From: Thermoanaerobaculia bacterium
Lineage (GTDB): Bacteria > Acidobacteriota > Thermoanaerobaculia > UBA5066 > Gp7-AA6
Length of the DNA: 49,587 nucleotides
Direction of reading: 5' to 3'
Assembly (NCBI GenBank): GCA_050745445.1
Contig: JBOGJN010000339.1
Location: forward strand, 1 to 49,587
Of the stretch, positions 1-8,455 are shown one piece after another. Positions within the stretch are counted from its first letter, which is position 1. Each line of letters opens with the position of its first letter. The position numbers and the translations under genes are program-made. The notes beneath the pieces were generated by a model that made no database searches, was not told the origin of the DNA, and was given only the letters and a program-made list of their open reading frames with translations.

Positions 1-374
1 AACTTCGCCGTCGTCATCGGGCAGGCGGTTGCAACCGGGCACTGCGTGTAAAGAAAGGGGACGGCCACGGGCTCTCCACGCATCTCCGAAAGGCGCACGA
101 TCCTGCCGGTTTGATCCGTGAGGGCGAAATCCGGCACGGGGTCTCCCACACCAACGGTGCGATTGGGCTGCGGCGCGTCGCCCGGTGCTGCGGCGCCGTG
201 GGCGGGCGGGACCGCGGCTGCGTCACCCGCCATGGCAACGCGCCCTTCGGTCGGTATCCTTGCGGAACCTTTCTCGGCGCCCGAGCTCTGACGCTCCCGG
301 CAGGAGGCCGGGGCAAGCAGCAGCGAGAGGCCGAGCAGTCCGGCGCAGGTCGATTTCACGGCTCTCTCTATCAT
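1..374 (-). CDS. SCO1/SenC-family thioredoxin-fold lipoprotein, N-terminal part only (CDS continues past the left window edge)
   Basis: This ORF is not in the track because it has no stop inside the window. My translation of the minus frame from ATG 374 gives MIERAVKSTCAGLLGLSLLLAPASC (signal peptide plus Cys), then DFALTDQTGRIVRLSEMRGEPVAVPFLYTQCPVATACP. That fits the SCO pattern F-x-L-x-DQ-x-G ... Y-T-x-CP-x4-CP. The track ORF 14..316 is a different, Arg/Pro-rich frame. Confidence 0.6.
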   Translation of the reverse strand, partial: MIERAVKSTCAGLLGLSLLLAPASCRERQSSGAEKGSARIPTEGRVAMAGDAAAVPPAHGAAAPGDAPQPNRTVGVGDPVPDFALTDQTGRIVRLSEMRGEPVAVPFLYTQCPVATACPMTTAK

Positions 375-412
375 CCTGCCCCGGCGGCTTATTCCCGTCC
401 GGTTAAGGAAGC

Positions 413-1396
413 TCAAAGGCACCTGCGCACGACACGTTGCGTCAGGAACCCGGCGAGCCGGTCACGGTCGAGATTCCCACCGGAGAGCAGGACGCCGACT
501 CTCTTTCCGGAGAAATCGGCCTTGCGGTGGCGCACCGCGGCTGCACCCGCCGCGCCCGAGGGCTCGACCACGACCTTCATGCGTTCGAGCATCCAGGACA
601 GCGTCTCGATCATCTCCTGGTCGGATACGAGCAGGATGCCGCGCACGCTCTGCCGCAGGATGGGGAACGTCAGCTCTCCCGGGCAAGGCACCTGCAGGCC
701 GTCGGCGATCGTGCGCGGAACGGGAATCGCAACGCGCTCCCCTTTCGCGAAAGATTGCGCGGTGTCGTCGGCCGTCTCGGGCTCGACGCCGTAAACGGTG
801 ATCTCCGGGCGCAAGTGCTTGGCCGCGGTGGCCGAGCCCGCAATCAAGCCGCCTCCCGAGACAGGCACGACGAGCAAGTCAAGGTCGGGCACCTCTTCGC
901 AGAGCTCCGCCGCCGCCGTCGCGGCGCCGGCCATGATCGCGTAATCGTCAAAGGGGGGCACAAGCAGGGCACCCCGTTCGCGCACGAGGCGACGCCCGAT
1001 CTCGTCTCGGCTCTCCCCGTAACGGTCGTAGAGGACCACCTCCGCGCCGTAGGCTCTTGTCGCGGCGAGCTTCGAGCGGGGCGCATCCTGTGGCATGACG
1101 ATCGTGGCCTTGAGATGCAGGAGCCCCGCGACAAGCGCCACGGCCTGCGCGTGATTCCCCGAGGAGGTGGCGACGACTTGCGTGACGCTCCCCTTTTCCG
1201 TCTCGGACTTGATCTTGTTGTAGGCGCCGCGGAACTTGAAGGCGCCGGCGCGTTGGAAGTTCTCCGCCTTGAAGAAGACTGTCGCGCCGGACTCTTCGTC
1301 GAACTGCCGGGATTGCAGCACCGGCGTGTGGACCGCGACACCCTTGAGGCGCCGCCGCGCCTGCTCGATCTGCTCCCAATCGAGCATCAGAAACAC
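413..1396 (-). CDS. PLP-dependent threonine/serine dehydratase (short form, no ACT regulatory domain)
   Basis: 327 aa. It has the PLP-lysine motif AGAFKFRGAYNK, SSGNHAQAVA, and the glycine loop VPVSGGGLIAG. The track start at 1396 is GTG; ATG 1387 is an alternative. Confidence 0.85.
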   Translation of the reverse strand: MFLMLDWEQIEQARRRLKGVAVHTPVLQSRQFDEESGATVFFKAENFQRAGAFKFRGAYNKIKSETEKGSVTQVVATSSGNHAQAVALVAGLLHLKATIVMPQDAPRSKLAATRAYGAEVVLYDRYGESRDEIGRRLVRERGALLVPPFDDYAIMAGAATAAAELCEEVPDLDLLVVPVSGGGLIAGSATAAKHLRPEITVYGVEPETADDTAQSFAKGERVAIPVPRTIADGLQVPCPGELTFPILRQSVRGILLVSDQEMIETLSWMLERMKVVVEPSGAAGAAAVRHRKADFSGKRVGVLLSGGNLDRDRLAGFLTQRVVRRCL

Positions 1397-1402
1397 CCTT
1401 CC

Positions 1403-1423
1403 CCCTCTCCCCCCGGGAGAGGG
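1403..1423. repeat. G/C-rich hairpin CCCTCTCC(C)-loop-(G)GGAGAGGG in the trmFO/dehydratase spacer
   Basis: Read directly: ccctctccc ccc gggagaggg. It has an 8-9 bp perfect stem and lies between the trmFO stop (1455) and the dehydratase start. Confidence 0.6.
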
Positions 1424-1454
1424 TCGGGGTCAGGGGGATCTACGAGCCGGATGC

Positions 1455-2792
1455 TCACTGACCGGCAACCACCGGCTCCGCAGACACCCGCTCCTTCCAC
1501 TCCCGGATCGCGGCCAGTGCCCGCTCGACCATTTGCCTTCTGCGCTCGGTCTTGTCCCGAATGGGCGAATGCGAGGTGTCCTCGATCAACCCGAAGGTCA
1601 CGTTCATCGGCTCGAATTTCGCCTCGGGCGGCCGCTCCGAGCAGTGACGGGCAAGCGAGCCGATGGCTGTCGTGTAGGGGATCGGCACAGGCTCCTTTCC
1701 CTCGAGAAGTTGCGCGATCGCCAACCCGACGGCTAACCCCGTCGCCGCGCTCTCGACGTACCCCTCGACCCCCGTAATTTGCCCGGCAAAGAAAATCCGC
1801 GGCTCCCGGCGCATTCGGAAGTGGCGGTCCAGATGCGCCGGCGCGTGAATGTAGGTGTTTCTGTGGAGCATGCCGTATCGCACGAAGACGGCATCGAGAA
1901 GACCCGGGATCTTGCGGAAGATGCGCTGCTGCTCGGCGATCTTCAGCTTCGTCTGGAACCCGACGAGGTTGTAGTGCTCGGCCGCCAGGTCGTCCTGGCG
2001 AAGCTGCACGACGGCGTGCGGCAACCGGCCCGTGCGCGGATCGGGCAGGCCCATCGGCTTCAAGGGTCCGTGCCGCAGCGTCTCTCTGCCCCGCTCGGCC
2101 ATGACCTCGATCGGCAGACACCCCTCAAAGTAGATCCCCTTCTCGAAGTCGTGGACGGGGACCGTCTCGCCCGCGAGAAGGTCGGAGACGAACTGCTCGT
2201 ACTCCTGCGCCGTCAGAGGGCAGTTCCAGTAGTCTGTGCCCTTGCCTTTGCCGTAACGCGAGAGCGGATACATCCTGGACAAATCGAGCGACGAAGCCGC
2301 CACCACGGGCGCGATCGAGTCGTAGAAGTAAAGATCTTCCGTGCCGAGCAGCCCTGCGATCTCGCGATCGAGGGCCTCGGAGGTCAAAGGGCCGGTCGCC
2401 AAGACGACGAACCCCTCCTGGGGGATCCGGCGAACCTCCTCTCGCACCAGCTCGATCCCGGGGCTTAACGCCAGCGCGTCGGTCACGGCGTTGGCGAAGA
2501 TGTGCCGGTCCATCGCCAGCGCGTCGCCGGCCGGCACGGCGGCCACCCGCGCGCACCGGATGATCAGAGAGTTCAGGGCCTCCATCTCGCGTTTCAGGAG
2601 CCCCACCGCATTGAACGGGTTGTCCGAGCGAAAGGAGTTTGAACACACGAGCTCGGCGCACCGGTCGGTCTGATGGGCGGCCGTCTTCACCTCCGGCCGC
2701 ATCTCGTAGAGGCGTACGGCGTGGCCGCGGCGGGCGAGCTGCCAGGCGCACTCCGAACCCGCCAGCCCCGCGCCCACGACCGAGACCCTCAT
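1455..2792 (-). CDS. trmFO: Methylenetetrahydrofolate--tRNA-(uracil54-C5)-methyltransferase TrmFO
   Basis: 445 aa. The N-terminal FAD fold is MRVSVVGAGLAGSECAWQLA, and the protein matches the Gid/TrmFO family along its full length. It sits downstream of topA, as in Bacillus. Confidence 0.93.
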   Translation of the reverse strand: MRVSVVGAGLAGSECAWQLARRGHAVRLYEMRPEVKTAAHQTDRCAELVCSNSFRSDNPFNAVGLLKREMEALNSLIIRCARVAAVPAGDALAMDRHIFANAVTDALALSPGIELVREEVRRIPQEGFVVLATGPLTSEALDREIAGLLGTEDLYFYDSIAPVVAASSLDLSRMYPLSRYGKGKGTDYWNCPLTAQEYEQFVSDLLAGETVPVHDFEKGIYFEGCLPIEVMAERGRETLRHGPLKPMGLPDPRTGRLPHAVVQLRQDDLAAEHYNLVGFQTKLKIAEQQRIFRKIPGLLDAVFVRYGMLHRNTYIHAPAHLDRHFRMRREPRIFFAGQITGVEGYVESAATGLAVGLAIAQLLEGKEPVPIPYTTAIGSLARHCSERPPEAKFEPMNVTFGLIEDTSHSPIRDKTERRRQMVERALAAIREWKERVSAEPVVAGQ

Positions 2793-2801
2793 GTGAAGAC
2801 G

Positions 2802-2807
2802 ATTCTA
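2802..2807 (-). promoter_or_regulatory. -10-like box TAGAAT(C), 9 nt upstream of the trmFO ATG (possible near-leaderless start)
   Basis: The minus strand reads GGTAGAATC-GTCTTCAC-ATG. There is no Shine-Dalgarno sequence between the box and the ATG. Confidence 0.35.
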
Positions 2808-2812
2808 CCGGG

Positions 2813-2898
2813 ACCGTTAAACGTTACGCGTGAAAGGTCAAACGAAGCCAGGTGGCTTCCACGCTTTACGTTTCACGTTTTACGTTTTACGTTTTACG
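2813..2898. repeat. Heptad-periodic imperfect stem-loop (ACGTTTT-type)
   Basis: The left arm is CGTTAAA CGTTACG CGTGAAA GGTCAAA CGAAGCC, the loop is aggt, and the right arm is GGCTTCC ACGCTTT ACGTTTC ACGTTTT ACGTTTT ACGTTTT ACG. Good stems include GAAGCC/GGCTTC and CGTGAAA/TTTCACG. It is markedly AT-rich compared with its flanks. Confidence 0.8.
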
Positions 2899-3302
2899 CC
2901 CTTTCGGCGCGCGAGCGGAATCACGAACCGGAGGGAGGTCAGGCGGGGCGAGAAGGCGGCGATCTTGTTGTCCAAGAGACCGGCCGCAAGACCCGCTTTC
3001 TGAACGTCTGACCAGGTGAACGGAAATCCGAGCTCCTCGGCGAACGGTTTCTTCGCAAAGACGACCCAGAGCGATCCGGCCGGTGTCAACCTCTTCTCCA
3101 GATCCCGAAAAAGGGCGGAGATCGAGCCCTCGGCCGGCACCTCCGTCATCAGCCAGGGATGCGTGCCGGGCGGCCACTGCCCGACCCATTCGACCAGGGG
3201 GCCGAAGATCTCTCGCAGCGCCTTGCGAAATTCGGGGGACTGCCCGCGCGCGTAGGGGGTCTCTTCGCCCGGAAGGGAGAATTTTGCCCAGGGGGTCTTC
3301 AC
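2880..3302 (-). CDS. Conserved hypothetical protein, DUF3052-like
   Basis: 140 aa with a GTG start at 3302. The C-terminal half (GSLWVVFAKKP...TWSDVQKAGLAAGLLDNKIAAFSPRLTSLRFVIP) resembles the DUF3052 pattern as I remember it. The last codons run into the heptad repeat. Confidence 0.55.
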   Translation of the reverse strand: MKTPWAKFSLPGEETPYARGQSPEFRKALREIFGPLVEWVGQWPPGTHPWLMTEVPAEGSISALFRDLEKRLTPAGSLWVVFAKKPFAEELGFPFTWSDVQKAGLAAGLLDNKIAAFSPRLTSLRFVIPLARRKGVKRKT

Positions 3303-3308
3303 GGCCGG

Positions 3309-3314
3309 ATTCTA
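3309..3314 (-). promoter_or_regulatory. -10-like box TAGAAT(C), 6 nt upstream of GTG 3302 (possible leaderless start)
   Basis: The minus strand reads CGCTAGAATCCGGCC-GTG-AAG. There is no SD sequence. Confidence 0.35.
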
Positions 3315-3346
3315 GCGGGGTGGCAGGCAGAAGTTGCGATCCGCGC

Positions 3347-3364
3347 TATGTCAAATCTGACATA
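3347..3364. promoter_or_regulatory. 18-bp palindrome TATGTCA-AATC-TGACATA (candidate operator)
   Basis: It has perfect 7-bp inverted arms, lies in the topA / DUF3052-like spacer, and sits about 33-50 nt upstream of the TAGAAT box at 3309-3314. Confidence 0.3.
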
Positions 3365-3427
3365 AGTCCAAGCATCCGGAATCCGGCGCGCCTTGGACGC
3401 GCTGTCAATTCGGCGGCCTTGCGCCGC

Positions 3428-6007
3428 TTAGCCGGCCCGGCGGCCGGCGGCCGCTCTCTTTGCCCCGCTCGCCTGCCCGGCAGACTTGCGCGGGGTCTTC
3501 TGGGCCGACGACGCAGGAAAGACCTCCCTCAACGGCGGGACCGGGCCCGCCGGCTTCTCGAAACCGCATCCGCCGCGGTCGCAGGCGAACACGTCTCCCC
3601 CCTTGCGCTCGCGCAGGAGCAGATAGGCGTTGCCGCAGGAGGGACAGGCCTCCGGGACGGGCCGCACGGAAAGCGTGAAGTCGCAGCCGGGGTAGTTGAT
3701 GCATCCGTAGAAGGGGCGGAAGCGTCCGCGCCGCTCGGCAATGACCCCGCCGTCCTTTGGGCAGCGGACACCGGTGTCGAGCACCGGTTTGGGCGGTTTG
3801 TACTTGCAGACAGGGTAGCCGCTGCAGGCAACGTAAGCCCCATAACGGCCATGGCGACGCACCAGAGGATGCCCGGACTCGGGGCAGAGCTGCCCCGTGG
3901 GTTCATCGGGCCGCGCCTCCGCCTTGCCGCCCGCCATCACGACGTTGACGAGGTTGCGGCACTTTGGATAGGCCGTGCACCCGAGAAAGGAAGAGCCCGT
4001 CCGGCTCTGCCGCAACTTCATCGGCGAGCCGCACTCATCGCACATCCTGGCTTCCAACTCCGTCGCGTCCACGACGTCCTCTTCAGGGTCCGGAATGTTT
4101 TCGGTAAACGTGCAGCTCGGGTACCCGCTGCAGGCGATGAAGAGGCCGTTCTTGCCCATGCGAAGCTTCAACTTCTTGCCGCACTGGACGCACTTCTCGG
4201 AGATCTGGGGCACGACGGGGAAGGAAAGCAATTTCCTGGCCTCCTCGAGCGGGATCCCGGCCTTTCCCGAGACCATGTCTTGCAAGGCGCGGTCTCTGTC
4301 TCGGGTGAAGGTCTTGTCGAACTCGGCCAGAGCCTTCTTCCAGGAGAGCTTTCCCTCCTCGACTTCGTCCAGGCGTTCTTCCATCCGCGCCGTGTAGGAG
4401 GTCTCGAAAAAGTCGTCGAAAAACGGGATCAGAAGCTCGATCACCGTCCGGCCGAGCGCGGTCGGGATGAAGCGGCGCTCCTTCTTGTGCACGTACTCGC
4501 GTTGCTCGAGCTTGCGCAGGATCTCGGCATACGTCGAGGGGCGTCCGATGCCGTTCTCCTCCAAGAACTTGACGAGGGAGGCTTCGTTGAACCGCGGTGG
4601 CGGTTGCGTCTGTTTCTTCTCCGGTGTGACGGAGAGGAGCTTCAAGGTCTCTCCCTGCCCCAGATTCGGCAGCTTGTCCCCTTCCTTCTCGGTGTCCTCG
4701 TCCTCATCCGCCGCCAGACCGTAGGCCGCCAGATAGCCGGCAAATTTCAAGGTCGAGCCGGAGGCCCGATAGAGGGCCTTGCCCGCCTCGATCTCGACCG
4801 CGGTCGTGTCGTAGACGGCGGGCGCCATTTGCGAAGCCACGAACCGCTCCCAGATCAAACGGTAGAGCTTCGCCTCTTCGGGCGTGACGTGCGGGGTCAC
4901 CTCCTCGGGGGGCAGATCCAGGTAGGTCGGACGAATGGCCTCGTGGGCCTCCTGCGCATCGCGCCGACTCTTGAAGAACCGAGGCGACTCGGGAAGATGG
5001 GCGGCGCCATAACGCGCCCCGATGTGCTCGCGCAAGGCGGAAAGGGCTTCGGCGGAGACCCGGGTCGAGTCGGTCCGCATGTACGTGATCAAGCCGAGCG
5101 TCCCGCGCCCGGGGATGTCCTTGCCTTCGTAGAGCCGCTGCGCGATCTGCATCGTGCGCCGGACCGGGAAGGAGAACCGCCGGGCGGCGGCCTGCTGGAG
5201 TTGCGAGGTGATGAAGGGAGGAGGCGGGTTCTTGCGCCGCTCGGAGCTCTCGACCTTCGCGACCTTCCAGACGGCGTCGCGGACGTTGGTCCGTACGCGC
5301 TCCGCCTCCGCTTCCGAGGAGAGACGCGGGTCCGACCCGTCAAACTTCAGCTTCTGCCCGTCGAAGGCAGAGAGCCGCGCCGTAAACGCCGGGGGCATGC
5401 GGCCCGAGAGCTCCGCGTCCACGGTCCAGAACTCGACGGGAGCAAAAACCTCGATCTCTCTCTCCCGCTCACAGATAATTCGAAGCGCCACCGTCTGGAC
5501 CCGCCCCGCCGAGAGGCCGCGCCAGATCTTTTTCCAGAGCAGGTCCGAGACCTCGTAACCCACCAGCCGGTCGATGATGCGGCGCGCCTGCTGCGCTCCC
5601 ACCAGATGCGTATCGATCTCCCCGGCCTGCTCCACGGCGGCGAGCACCGCCTTCTTCGTGATCTCGTTGAAGCGCATGCGTTTGAAGACCGTGCTCTTCG
5701 CGCCGGGTTTCAAGGCCTCTTCCAGGTGCCAGGAAATGGCCTCCCCTTCGCGGTCGGGGTCGGCGGCCAGATAGACGGTCGAGGCTCCGCGCACCGCCTT
5801 CTTGAGCTCCGCTAGCGTCTTTTCCTTCCCGGAGAGGACTTCGTAGGTCGGTTGGTAGGAATGGCTGCGGTCAACACCGAGGCCTTTCCTCGGCAGATCG
5901 CGTATGTGCCCGTACGAGGCGAGAACCCGATACCCCTTGCCCAGAAATTTTTCGAGTGTCTTCGCTTTCGCAGGCGATTCGACGATGACGATAGATTTGC
6001 CGGGCAT
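3428..6007 (-). CDS. topA: DNA topoisomerase I with multiple C-terminal zinc-ribbon repeats
   Basis: The TOPRIM N-terminus is MPGKSIVIVESPAKAKTLEKFLG. Repeated CxxC...CxxC modules (CVQCGKK, CDECGSP, CPESGHP, CPKDGG, CPSCGN) are followed by a basic tail. I prefer ATG 6007 by homology; the track extends the ORF to a TTG at 6040. Confidence 0.93.
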   Translation of the reverse strand: MPGKSIVIVESPAKAKTLEKFLGKGYRVLASYGHIRDLPRKGLGVDRSHSYQPTYEVLSGKEKTLAELKKAVRGASTVYLAADPDREGEAISWHLEEALKPGAKSTVFKRMRFNEITKKAVLAAVEQAGEIDTHLVGAQQARRIIDRLVGYEVSDLLWKKIWRGLSAGRVQTVALRIICEREREIEVFAPVEFWTVDAELSGRMPPAFTARLSAFDGQKLKFDGSDPRLSSEAEAERVRTNVRDAVWKVAKVESSERRKNPPPPFITSQLQQAAARRFSFPVRRTMQIAQRLYEGKDIPGRGTLGLITYMRTDSTRVSAEALSALREHIGARYGAAHLPESPRFFKSRRDAQEAHEAIRPTYLDLPPEEVTPHVTPEEAKLYRLIWERFVASQMAPAVYDTTAVEIEAGKALYRASGSTLKFAGYLAAYGLAADEDEDTEKEGDKLPNLGQGETLKLLSVTPEKKQTQPPPRFNEASLVKFLEENGIGRPSTYAEILRKLEQREYVHKKERRFIPTALGRTVIELLIPFFDDFFETSYTARMEERLDEVEEGKLSWKKALAEFDKTFTRDRDRALQDMVSGKAGIPLEEARKLLSFPVVPQISEKCVQCGKKLKLRMGKNGLFIACSGYPSCTFTENIPDPEEDVVDATELEARMCDECGSPMKLRQSRTGSSFLGCTAYPKCRNLVNVVMAGGKAEARPDEPTGQLCPESGHPLVRRHGRYGAYVACSGYPVCKYKPPKPVLDTGVRCPKDGGVIAERRGRFRPFYGCINYPGCDFTLSVRPVPEACPSCGNAYLLLRERKGGDVFACDRGGCGFEKPAGPVPPLREVFPASSAQKTPRKSAGQASGAKRAAAGRRAG

Positions 6008-6127
6008 AAGGGCGGTGGAAACTGCCACATCCGGGTGCAAAGCGCAAACGCGGAAGCTTCCTCCAGCCAGAACAAACTTTGATTCCCGCGACCTAACTCC
6101 CGGCGTCTGAAGACATTGGGCGAACTC

Positions 6128-7240
6128 TCAGCGCCGCACGAGGCCGTAGCGGCCACCGTCGGAAAAAACGGCGAGGCCCGCCTCCTCCAACTCGAAGAGC
6201 GCCGCGAGCACCGTCGCGGCTGGCAACTCCGTCTTCTCCACGAGTTCTTCGGCCGCGGCGGCCTCCTCGCGGGTGAGCGCCTCGAAGACCTTCCTCGCCT
6301 CCGCCGAGAGATCGCCCGGGGGCGTCGGCGCCGCGGGTGCGTTCACCGGCGCCATGCCGATCGTTGGAAAAAGCTCGGAGAGCACGTCCTCGGCTCCCCG
6401 GCAGAGGATCGCGCCGTCGCGCAGCAGTCCGTGTGAGCCCACGGAGGTCTCCGAGTAGACGCTGCCGGGAACCGCAAAAACGTCGCGGCCGAAATCGTTG
6501 GCCAGCCGCGCCGTGATGAGCGAGCCCGAGCGGCGCGAGGCTTCGACCACGACGACGCCGGAGCAGAGCCCCGCGATGATGCGGTTGCGCACCGGGAAGT
6601 TGGAAGACCGCGGCTCGGTGCCCGGGGCAAACTCGGACAGCAAGAGGTCGCGCTTGCGCATCGCTTCCTTTAGCCGGGCGTGCTCCCTCGGGTATTCCAC
6701 ATCCAGACCGCAGCCCAGGACCGCGATCGTGCCGCCAGCACTCTCGAGAGCCGCCTCATGGGCAGCGCAGTCCACTCCCCGCGCGAACCCGGAGACGACC
6801 ACAACGCCGACGGAGGACAGCTCCCGGGCCAGACGCGAGGCCACGTCCCGACCGTAGCGCGTCGCGTCGCGCGATCCCACGACCGCGACGGCTGGCGACT
6901 TCAAGCGCTCGAGGTTGCCTTGCGCGAAGAGCAGAAACGGAGGGTCCGGGATCTCCACCAGCGGCGCCGGGTACTCCGGGTCAAAAGCGGTCACGACCCG
7001 CATGCCGGTACGCTCGACCTCGACGGCCCACCGCTCGGCCGCCTCGTCGTCGCGGGAGGACAGCGCGGCGCGCGCGCGGGAGGGCGAACCGAGCATCCCG
7101 GCAAGCTCGTCCTCCGCAGTCGCGAGCAGCGCCTCGACGCTTCCGCGGGCTCGAAGGGCCGGCCAGAGCCGCTGCGGAGTCAGTTCCCGGCTCCGGGCCC
7201 AGGAGACGGCCACCCGACGGAGCACCGAATCGCGGCTCAT
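6128..7240 (-). CDS. dprA: DNA-processing protein DprA/Smf
   Basis: 370 aa with the Rossmann-like core VVGSRDATRYG...SGFARGVDCAAHEAAL...GSLITA. It sits directly upstream of topA, which is a conserved synteny. Confidence 0.9.
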   Translation of the reverse strand: MSRDSVLRRVAVSWARSRELTPQRLWPALRARGSVEALLATAEDELAGMLGSPSRARAALSSRDDEAAERWAVEVERTGMRVVTAFDPEYPAPLVEIPDPPFLLFAQGNLERLKSPAVAVVGSRDATRYGRDVASRLARELSSVGVVVVSGFARGVDCAAHEAALESAGGTIAVLGCGLDVEYPREHARLKEAMRKRDLLLSEFAPGTEPRSSNFPVRNRIIAGLCSGVVVVEASRRSGSLITARLANDFGRDVFAVPGSVYSETSVGSHGLLRDGAILCRGAEDVLSELFPTIGMAPVNAPAAPTPPGDLSAEARKVFEALTREEAAAAEELVEKTELPAATVLAALFELEEAGLAVFSDGGRYGLVRR

Positions 7241-7315
7241 CGACCTAACTTAAGCGACCCTTTATCCAAAAAGAAGCGCGATTGCCCGAAATCTTTCCGC
7301 CGGGGAAAGCTTTCC

Positions 7316-7321
7316 TATAAT
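7316..7321 (+). promoter_or_regulatory. Candidate -10 box TATAAT for the plus-strand envelope gene cluster
   Basis: TATAAT lies 23 nt upstream of TTG 7345 in the divergent dprA / TPR-gene spacer. It is preceded by the small hairpin CTTTCC-GCCGG-GGAAAG (7293-7309). I see no clear -35. Confidence 0.3.
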
Positions 7322-7344
7322 AGCCACGCCCGGCGGGAGGGAGC

Positions 7345-7716
7345 TTGACCAAGCACTGGATGAGGTTCGCGGCCGCGGTGATGCTCGTGGCCGCCGGCTG
7401 CGCTTCCTACTCCCACACGGAACGGGCGGGGTCCCAGATGGCTTTCGGGGCGGATGTGGCCAAGAGGGGTCTCTGGCGCGAGGCCGCCTTCCGGTTCGAA
7501 CAGGCCGTCGCCAAAGAACCCAACAACCCCCGCGCCCACAACAACCTGGCGGTCGCGCTGGAAGCGAGCGGCGAATTTGCCAGGGCGCTGGCCGAGTACA
7601 AGAAGGCTCTGGAACTCGACCCGAACGACAACTACATCCGTCGCAACTACGCCCGTTTCGCGGAGTTCTACACCTCCTACACACGGACAACGGGAAAGGC
7701 CTCCGGTGCCTCCTAG
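7345..7716 (+). CDS. Small TPR-repeat lipoprotein
   Basis: The signal/lipobox is MRFAAAVMLVAAGC, and the TPR consensus is NNPRAHNNLAVALEASGEFARALAEYKKALELDPND. An SD sequence GGGAGGGAG lies upstream. The start is TTG 7345 or ATG 7360. Confidence 0.8.
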   Translation: MTKHWMRFAAAVMLVAAGCASYSHTERAGSQMAFGADVAKRGLWREAAFRFEQAVAKEPNNPRAHNNLAVALEASGEFARALAEYKKALELDPNDNYIRRNYARFAEFYTSYTRTTGKASGAS

Positions 7717-7726
7717 GACAGACGCG

Positions 7727-8431
7727 TTGCGACCGTGGAGGCTTGCGTCTGCGGTCCTGCTGGGGCTCTTGCTCACGATTTCTCCGGTTTTTGGCGGCGT
7801 GACCCAGGTTCGCCTGCGGCTGCCCTTGAAACCCCGCCTGCCGTTGCGTGGCAACGAGCGAATTGTGCTGGCTCCTTTTCTGATCGTCACCGAGGCGGAG
7901 AAGGCCCGCGACAAGCGTCTCGCCAACGTGGACCTGCAGGGAGAGTTTCACGGGTTCTTGAAGAGGCAGGTGGACAAGAAGACAAAGCTCGAAGTCCTCG
8001 AGGCGCCCCCGGACCTGAAGCTGCCGACCCAGAGTCTCACCGAGCTCGCGCGGGCGACCGAGTTCTGGCACTCGGTGGGAGCCGCGACGGGAGCCGAGAT
8101 CATCGTTTCCGGTAGCCTCGAGTTCAAGGTCGAGGACCGCTCGGGATACAAGACCGAGGAGTATGTCTCCCCCATCAACGGGCAGACGTACTACCGCCAG
8201 GTTTACGTCGAGCAGACCGGCTTTCTCTTCGACATCGTCTTCCTGGTCTTCGACGGGCGCTCCGGCGAGAAGCTTCTGCAGGACGAGTTCAAGGACTTCC
8301 GCCAGACGGGAGGCCACCGGACCGACGAACTCCAGGGCCTCTTTGAGAATCTCTTTTCGCTGGAGAACCAGATCCTGAACCTGTTCGTGGCCCGCGAACG
8401 GGAGGCCGATCGGTACATCTTCACAGACTAG
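7727..8431 (+). CDS. Secreted/periplasmic hypothetical protein
   Basis: An in-frame TTG at 7727 follows AGGA, and the N-terminus is hydrophobic (LRPWRLASAVLLGLLLTISPVFG). The rest is non-repetitive and has balanced composition. The track extension back to 7454 overlaps the TPR gene and is Arg/Pro-rich, so I treat it as an artefact. Confidence 0.6.
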   Translation: MRPWRLASAVLLGLLLTISPVFGGVTQVRLRLPLKPRLPLRGNERIVLAPFLIVTEAEKARDKRLANVDLQGEFHGFLKRQVDKKTKLEVLEAPPDLKLPTQSLTELARATEFWHSVGAATGAEIIVSGSLEFKVEDRSGYKTEEYVSPINGQTYYRQVYVEQTGFLFDIVFLVFDGRSGEKLLQDEFKDFRQTGGHRTDELQGLFENLFSLENQILNLFVAREREADRYIFTD

Positions 8432-8455
8432 CCTGCACAAGGAGGCGGGAGACTC

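Noticed and set aside
14-316. A track ORF of 100 aa on the minus strand at the left edge.
   Set aside because: Its composition is Arg/Pro-rich. A different minus frame over the same DNA gives a clean signal peptide and an SCO1-type CP-x4-CP motif, so that frame was called instead.
2875-2898. The tandem (ACGTTTT)x3 as a microsatellite or CRISPR-like array.
   Set aside because: There are only three short units with no spacers. The units form one arm of an inverted repeat whose other arm has the same period, so this is a hairpin element and not an array.
3083-5815. A 910-aa ORF antisense to topA. Similar long antisense or out-of-frame ORFs occur at 437..1777, 7262..8602, 9614..11290, 17757..19061, 18643..19932, 21652..23766, 25520..26353, 26070..27311, 40817..42799, 42474..43721 and 43624..44796.
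   Set aside because: All overlap well-supported conserved genes. Their translations are Arg/Pro/Gly/Ala-rich and low in complexity, with no recognisable motifs. Long open shadow frames are expected in DNA of this G+C content.
7262-7270. TTATCCAAA as a DnaA box.
   Set aside because: It is an isolated single near-match 23 kb from dnaA, lacks the CACA core, and has no neighbouring boxes.
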